Assembly (NCBI GenBank): GCA_963843375.1
Contig: CAWJKT010000029.1
Location: 1 to 64,000 of the forward strand
Direction of reading: 5' to 3'
Origin: an uncultured Pseudomonadota bacterium
GTDB lineage: Bacteria > Oederibacteriota > Muellerivitia > Muellerivitales > Muellerivitaceae
DNA length: 64,000 nt
Shown here: in pieces, positions 58,628 through 64,000 of the stretch
Numbering within the stretch: the stretch's first letter is position 1
Layout: the number at the start of each line of letters is the position of its first letter
Translations under genes and position numbers: made by a program
Notes under the pieces: model-generated
Databases searched by the model: none
Told to the model about the DNA's origin: nothing
What the model saw: only the letters and a program-made list of their open reading frames with translations

Positions 58628-60598
58628 ATGGCTAAGTCCGAAGCACCTCAAGCCCCAACCGAAATTGCCCGTGTACTCGATTGGAAAGGGGCATCCATCA
58701 ACGCTATGGCGCTCATCGCGCCGGGGGCCTTTTTATGGATCACCTATCAACTTCAAGTGGCAGCTACTGATCCCACTGGGGCCTCTTGCGCCAATGACAT
58801 GTGGGCCGGGATTCTCGTGGCCCTGGGATTAGCCTTATTGACGGCCCTCTCCTACGCCGAGTTGGCCAAGATTTATCCGGAAGCGGGTTTCGCCGGTTGC
58901 GTTTATTTCGCCGAAAAGGCCTTTATTGATGACCAGAAACTTAAAAGGCCGGGTCCAGAATCTATGGCTCGTATTGCCAAGCTGATCACCGGCTGGGCTG
59001 CCCATTTGTTTTACTGGGTTTATCCAGGAGTCATGGTGGCCTTCATGGGCACCCTGGCTTCGTACATTTATGGCGCAGTTACTGGCGGGACCATGACGAT
59101 CATGTGGGAATTGGTAATTGCCTGGGTTTTCGCATTTGGGGTGGGGTATATCGCCTACAAGGGCGTGGCAGGGTCTACGAAAGCCAATATGTGGGGCAAT
59201 ATCATTCAATGGGTCACCCTGGTTATCTTTAGCGTCTTAGCTATCGCCTATCGGTGGGTTAATCCGGATCACGCTACCAATTGGGCCTTCAGTGGGGGAT
59301 TCGATATTGTAAAGTTCCATTCGATCAAGGGGGTCCTGGTTCAATCCACCATCGCAATCCTGATTCTCGTCGGATTCGAAAGCTGTACTTCCTTATCGGC
59401 TGAAACCAAGGAACCAGAAAAGAATATACCGAAAGCCATTATTGTGGCCTTGATCGTCCAATGCGTATTCGCTTATATGTTCGAGTATTGGGCAGCCAAC
59501 TACATGGTGAGTGAGAAACTGACGGGGACCGTTCCAGTACCGGCTGTGGCCGCCGTTGCGGCCGTACCGGCAAGCGTGAGTGCCGCTGGAGTTACCACCG
59601 CCGCCGTCGCCGCGGTTGCCGCCGCGCCCGCGACCACCAAGATCGTCACGGGCTTTGATGCCATGGCCGCTTCCAGCGCTCCCATCGGGGACATGGTGGT
59701 TCGTCTGGGGGACAGCTTTTTTGGCCATCTGGGTTTCGCTTTAATGATCATTATGGCGATCACGGTGGCTATCGCTGTCGTGGGAACCACCCTGGCCTGC
59801 TATAACACGGCTGTCCGCGTGACTGCCGGGATGGCCGAGGACCGGGAACTACCCGCCTTCCTGGGATTCATCCACTTGAAGAATAAATCGCCCCACACGG
59901 CGATCTGGCTTTTGGTTGCGGTTTCCTGCGTGATTGCCACCATTGGTTGCCAATCGGTGGACGGATTGACCGGCATCACCCTGGCTTCCAACTTCGGGAC
60001 CTTCGTTCTTTACGGCTCGGTCTGTATCTGGACCTTCATCGCCTACAAGAGACGCAAGGATTTCAACGCCTTCAAACACGCTTTAATCCCCTTGGGAGGG
60101 CTTATCCTGAACGTGCTGATGTGCTGGGGCGTCATCTACCTCTACACTATCGGAAACGCGGACTCGCAGCTTGAGGCGAAGATCTTCTTCTATATCGCCG
60201 GCGGCTGGTTCCTGGTTTGGTTCCTCTACTTGTTCTTCACGTCCACGTTGAAATCGCATGGGATGAAGATGATCTCGGTGATCATCCGGCCGGATTCATT
60301 GGAAAACCTGGCGGATGCCTTGAATAAGGAAGAACTAGTCCAAGGAATGACGGTATCCGAGGTGAAGGGCTTCGGCCGTACGAAAGGATCGAAGACCGAC
60401 GACTCGCCCGCCAAAGTCAAGTTCCTGGAAAAGGTCCGGGTGGATGTGGTGGTGAACACATGGGATGTGCCCCATGTTATCGACGTCATGAAGGAGATCT
60501 TATACACCGGTAACAAGGGCGATGGAAAGATCTTCGTCCTTGAAACGACCGAGGCCGTCCGTGTCCGCACTGGCGAATCGGGAATCGCCGCAGTTTAA
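58628..60598 (+). CDS. APC-family permease fused to a C-terminal P-II domain (60263-60595)
   Basis: MALIAPGAF, LSYAELAKIYPEAG, LVGFES, AETKEPEKNIPKA, MAEDRELP; then in frame MKMISVIIRP...VKGFGR...TGNKGDGKIFV...AVRVRTGE. AGGAGG RBS. Confidence 0.92.
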   Translation: MAKSEAPQAPTEIARVLDWKGASINAMALIAPGAFLWITYQLQVAATDPTGASCANDMWAGILVALGLALLTALSYAELAKIYPEAGFAGCVYFAEKAFIDDQKLKRPGPESMARIAKLITGWAAHLFYWVYPGVMVAFMGTLASYIYGAVTGGTMTIMWELVIAWVFAFGVGYIAYKGVAGSTKANMWGNIIQWVTLVIFSVLAIAYRWVNPDHATNWAFSGGFDIVKFHSIKGVLVQSTIAILILVGFESCTSLSAETKEPEKNIPKAIIVALIVQCVFAYMFEYWAANYMVSEKLTGTVPVPAVAAVAAVPASVSAAGVTTAAVAAVAAAPATTKIVTGFDAMAASSAPIGDMVVRLGDSFFGHLGFALMIIMAITVAIAVVGTTLACYNTAVRVTAGMAEDRELPAFLGFIHLKNKSPHTAIWLLVAVSCVIATIGCQSVDGLTGITLASNFGTFVLYGSVCIWTFIAYKRRKDFNAFKHALIPLGGLILNVLMCWGVIYLYTIGNADSQLEAKIFFYIAGGWFLVWFLYLFFTSTLKSHGMKMISVIIRPDSLENLADALNKEELVQGMTVSEVKGFGRTKGSKTDDSPAKVKFLEKVRVDVVVNTWDVPHVIDVMKEILYTGNKGDGKIFVLETTEAVRVRTGESGIAAV

Positions 60599-60626
60599 AA
60601 GAGTTTTTATAAAATTTGAAGCATTG

Positions 60627-60657
60627 AAGCCTCTGTGGGTAACCACGGAGGCTTTTT
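60627..60657 (+). terminator. Intrinsic terminator
   Basis: AAGCCTCTGTGG-GTAA-CCACGGAGGCTT followed by a T run. Confidence 0.88.
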
Positions 60658-60888
60658 GTTTAGTTGCTATTTTGGGTTGCGTGAATTTTAATTTCTTTTT
60701 GGATAAGGATCCAACCTATTTGAGGGCCGCAGCCTAAGTTTCTATCCAAAATGGCCCTTTCAACCCACTTGTATGAGTAAGTATTAGATTTTCATGTTTT
60801 CTAAACCCTTACCTCGGGTTCGTGGTTTTCTTTTAAGGGGGATTTTAGTAACATACAACTTCTTCCAACCATTTCCCGGAGGTTGAGC

Positions 60889-61338
60889 ATGTCAGATTAT
60901 CCAACTCCCTATGTTTTTGTTTATGATGTTTTTTTGAAAGATGCGGTAAAACATATTCAAATCGCGCCTTACGTGAAAACATGGGCCAGGGCGGAAATGC
61001 CAGGCAAGTTGTACCAGCTTCCAACGGGGCTGCCAATCGTTGTGGAAGAAGATGGGGGTAAAGTCTTCGGGGAAGTCATGACTTTTGAGGACATGGATGA
61101 AGTTATGGGAATAATTGATTCCCAGGAAGGGTTTCGTTCAGAAGCCCCTCAAAATAGCCGTCTTTTAAGGGAAGTGAGGGAAGTTACCTTATCCCCTGGC
61201 GGCGAAAAGGTAAAAGCTATGGTTTATCTCTTTCCGAAGGAGAAATTCAACGCCAAGGAAATGTATGCGGTTTTTGCCCATGGCGGTGATTGGCGCAAGT
61301 TCGTCATGATGCCCCGATTTGACGGGTACCAACATTAA
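60889..61338 (+). CDS. Gamma-glutamylcyclotransferase (AIG2-like) family protein
   Basis: VFVY, GKLY, VFGEV, ID.QEG, AMVY, GDW. Confidence 0.75.
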   Translation: MSDYPTPYVFVYDVFLKDAVKHIQIAPYVKTWARAEMPGKLYQLPTGLPIVVEEDGGKVFGEVMTFEDMDEVMGIIDSQEGFRSEAPQNSRLLREVREVTLSPGGEKVKAMVYLFPKEKFNAKEMYAVFAHGGDWRKFVMMPRFDGYQH

Positions 61339-61429
61339 GTCGATTCTCGGTATAAACTTTTAAAGCAAATGGAAGTTTAACCCTCCCTACCCTAAAATGA
61401 CCCCTCTTTGATTCCGGCGCGGGGGTTGA

Positions 61430-62221
61430 ATGGTTTCCAAAATCGCATTTCTATATTTTGGTTTTATGTCCTGGGGATGTCTGGTCCTGTTACCCATGGT
61501 GAAACTTCAGGAAATAGGGCAGGGATTTTACCGTTTTTTTGGTTTTTTTTGCGTGACCCTGGACACGCTCTCCTTGGGGTTGGCCCTTTTCAGTGGGCCA
61601 GATTTTGACGATTATTTCCATAGGGCCGCTTGGGCCATGGGCGGATCCCTTCTTTTCACCCTTTGTTTCACCATAGCTTTAAAAGTGCGGGTCCGTTGGT
61701 TTCTATGGGGATGTTTTTGGTTGGCGGTTCTAAGTGGATGGCTGGCGATTGGATTTTACCCTTGGCAGACGGGGGTTAGTCCCGCATTCCTTTTTTTTCA
61801 TGCGGTCTGCTCGAGTCTTGTCTTGGGAATGGGCATCCTTGCCATGATGTTGGGCCACTGGTACCTGGTGACTCCCAAACTTTCCATCAACCCCTTGAAG
61901 CGTTACTCGGGGGGGTATATTCTTCTGACGGTTTTGACGGCACTGGAATTGGTTTTAAGTTATATCCTGTATGTAGGGTTTGGTTCCGAACCCGCTACAC
62001 TTATAGGTGCCCGTCTTATTCATGATGAAGTGATTTTCACCCTTTTTCGTGTAGCTTGGGGAATTCTCCCTCCATTGGGAATGGCCTATTGGATTTGGGA
62101 AACGGTGCGAATGAAGTCCACCCAATCCGCCACCGGCATCCTTTATGCGGCCATGGTCTGTACTATTATTGGCGAAGGAATGGGGCTTTACCTTACTGTA
62201 CAGACGGGAGTTCCTTTTTAA
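61430..62221 (+). CDS. Conserved multi-TM membrane protein
   Basis: About 8 TM helices; AMMLGHWYLVTPKL; STQSATGILY. Confidence 0.8.
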   Translation: MVSKIAFLYFGFMSWGCLVLLPMVKLQEIGQGFYRFFGFFCVTLDTLSLGLALFSGPDFDDYFHRAAWAMGGSLLFTLCFTIALKVRVRWFLWGCFWLAVLSGWLAIGFYPWQTGVSPAFLFFHAVCSSLVLGMGILAMMLGHWYLVTPKLSINPLKRYSGGYILLTVLTALELVLSYILYVGFGSEPATLIGARLIHDEVIFTLFRVAWGILPPLGMAYWIWETVRMKSTQSATGILYAAMVCTIIGEGMGLYLTVQTGVPF

Positions 62222-62665
62222 ATGGAGATCAATAGTTATTGTCCGGAATGCGAGAATGGAATTTTCCTTGATGAACTGCCCAAGGCAGGTTTTTTGCCTT
62301 GTAAGCGTTGCGGCAAAGGAAGGGAAGTCACCGGAAACGGAGAACTGGACGCTCAAGGGGCCATTCAAAAGTGCGGTTTATGCGGCTGCACGGAGTTTTA
62401 CCGGCAAAAGGATTTCAACACCAAACTAGGGCTTTGGTTGATTGTTTTGATGGTAATTTTGGCCATCGTTTTTAATAAGTGGTTTATCCAAATCCTGGTC
62501 GTTTTCGCGGTCCTGGACTTGGCTCTTTATTTCGGTCTGGGGGATATCGTCCTCTGTTATAACTGCAGGGCCATTTATCGCGGTTTGCCTATTTCGGATA
62601 AAATCGGCGGCTTTGATTTGAAAATTCATGATCAATATGCATTTAAGAATAAACAACCGGAATAA
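62222..62665 (+). CDS. Zn-ribbon membrane protein
   Basis: Four CxxC pairs flanking a TM hairpin. Confidence 0.8.
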   Translation: MEINSYCPECENGIFLDELPKAGFLPCKRCGKGREVTGNGELDAQGAIQKCGLCGCTEFYRQKDFNTKLGLWLIVLMVILAIVFNKWFIQILVVFAVLDLALYFGLGDIVLCYNCRAIYRGLPISDKIGGFDLKIHDQYAFKNKQPE

Positions 62666-62674
62666 GGAGAAGTT

Positions 62675-63550
62675 ATGCCGGACCATCCATCCAACCCCGC
62701 CAGTCCCCAGGGCAACAACCAAGATCCTCTTTACGCCCCGGAGTCGGGTTTTTCTCTTTTCTTAAAGCTATTTATCGTCCCGGCCGCAATCGTGGCGGTG
62801 GCCTTAGGTATCTTTTTATTAGGTACACTCGCCATTCAGCATCCCAAAAGCGCCCAAGAGTATCTGGAAGAGCTGAAAAGTGACAGCACTAGCCGACGCT
62901 GGCAGGCGGCCTATGAACTTTCCCGCATGTTGAACCAAGGGGAAAAAGTGGAGTTCGACGAAAATCTCCGCGCTGACTTGGTGAAAACATTCACCGAGGC
63001 CAAAAAAGACGATCCCCGGGTAAGGGAATACTTGGCCTTGGTTTTGGGACGAATGAAAGAAAAATCGGCGGTGCCGGCGCTTTCTGACGCCGTCAATGAT
63101 GAATCCGATGATGTGAAAATCTATAGCCTGTGGGCTCTCGGCAATATTGAGGATCCGGCGGGCGGGCCCGCGGCCCTTCAAGCCTTATCGAATTCAGATC
63201 AGGAGGTTCAACGCATGGCGGTGGGAGCCCTGAGCGCTCTTCGTTATGAACCGGCCAAGAACGCCCTCGAAGCCAATTTAACCACTTCCAATGAGGCTTT
63301 GAAATATGACTCGGCGGTTGCCCTTGCCCGGATCAAGGACGAAAAAGCCATCCCAACCCTCCTATATATGATGAACCTCAAGGCGACCGGACAAGCTAGT
63401 GACGAAATCATTGAGTCGGCCAAAATAGCCGCCATTGAAGGCGCCCAGGAACTTAACAATAAAGACCTGTATTCCGAATTGGTTGCCCTAAGCAAGAACG
63501 ACCCTGATTTGAAGATACGCGAAGCCGCGTTGGATGCGCTCAGGAAATAA
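62675..63550 (+). CDS. Membrane-anchored HEAT-repeat protein
   Basis: N-terminal TM followed by PBS/HEAT repeats (DDPRVREYLALVLG, AVPAL...ALG). Confidence 0.88.
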   Translation: MPDHPSNPASPQGNNQDPLYAPESGFSLFLKLFIVPAAIVAVALGIFLLGTLAIQHPKSAQEYLEELKSDSTSRRWQAAYELSRMLNQGEKVEFDENLRADLVKTFTEAKKDDPRVREYLALVLGRMKEKSAVPALSDAVNDESDDVKIYSLWALGNIEDPAGGPAALQALSNSDQEVQRMAVGALSALRYEPAKNALEANLTTSNEALKYDSAVALARIKDEKAIPTLLYMMNLKATGQASDEIIESAKIAAIEGAQELNNKDLYSELVALSKNDPDLKIREAALDALRK

Positions 63551-63567
63551 TAAGTTTCGAGGCACCT

Positions 63568-64000
63568 TTGATTATTTCCGAAACCTTAATTGATAAACAC
63601 TCCTGCATTATTTTGGATCCGCCGATTATCCAACCTGGCATGCCAGTGGTTATAGTCTTGCATGGATTAGGAACTAACTCGGATGACCTTGTCCCTTTTT
63701 GCGAACAATTAAAGATTCCCGATTGCCGATTTGTCCTTCCCGACGCCCCTCTTCATTTGCCTGGTTATCCGGAAGGGGCCTACGCCTGGTATGATTTTCA
63801 GTCCCATGAAAGATTGGAAATTATAAATAGCCGGGAATATCTTGATAAAGTCATGGACCGATTTTCGGATGATCCTAATTTGAGGCCTTCTCCCGGCAGC
63901 GAGAAAAAGCCTCATCCGATCATCCTGATGGGTTTTTCTCAGGGCGGGGTGATGGCTTTGGAAGCTGGATTAAACTATAAGGGCAATATCGCAGCCATCA
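63568..64000 (+). CDS. Phospholipase/carboxylesterase (alpha/beta hydrolase), runs off the window
   Basis: VIVLHGLGTNSDDL, FVLPDAP, AWYDF, MGFSQGGVMA (GxSxG); start TTG 63568 inferred. Confidence 0.88.
   Translation, partial: MIISETLIDKHSCIILDPPIIQPGMPVVIVLHGLGTNSDDLVPFCEQLKIPDCRFVLPDAPLHLPGYPEGAYAWYDFQSHERLEIINSREYLDKVMDRFSDDPNLRPSPGSEKKPHPIILMGFSQGGVMALEAGLNYKGNIAAI

Noticed and set aside
5768..63915. Numerous 60-200 aa ORFs antisense to or overlapping the called genes
   Set aside because: They show no recognisable motifs or RBS and are the expected shadow ORFs of moderately GC-rich coding DNA.

Overview
The window has two parts of apparently different origin. Bases 1-~3668 are AT-rich and full of frameshifts: an IS3 left end, two broken SAM methyltransferases and an IS4 transposase. 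This part is fused with no intervening sequence to the last 74 codons of metH, which looks like a chimeric junction. The rest comes from a higher-GC diderm bacterium (TolC, beta-barrel porins, sigma54 promoters, Pro/Thr-linker secreted proteins) and is dominated by a ~50 kb potassium/ion-homeostasis region. That region holds kdpFABC, two kdpD and three kdpE genes, three tandem paralogous outer-membrane beta-barrels, and two KimA-like APC K+ transporters each behind a c-di-AMP (ydaO/yuaA) riboswitch. It also holds five P-II domains with no amtB: three tandem genes, one degenerate copy in the kdpD-kdpF spacer, and one fused to a sigma54-preceded APC permease. Two heavy-metal RND systems and several unannotated single-TM micropeptides lie in the same region. 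An 11-bp-periodic direct repeat (YTAAY-N6-YTAAY) recurs upstream of many of these units. The best candidate for an undescribed system is a P-II/micropeptide signalling layer attached to a KdpE/c-di-AMP K+ regulon, plus a covarying structured 5' leader on the sigma54-driven porins. Family calls rest on motif recognition by eye; no searches were run. Most single-base frameshifts are probably sequencing indels.
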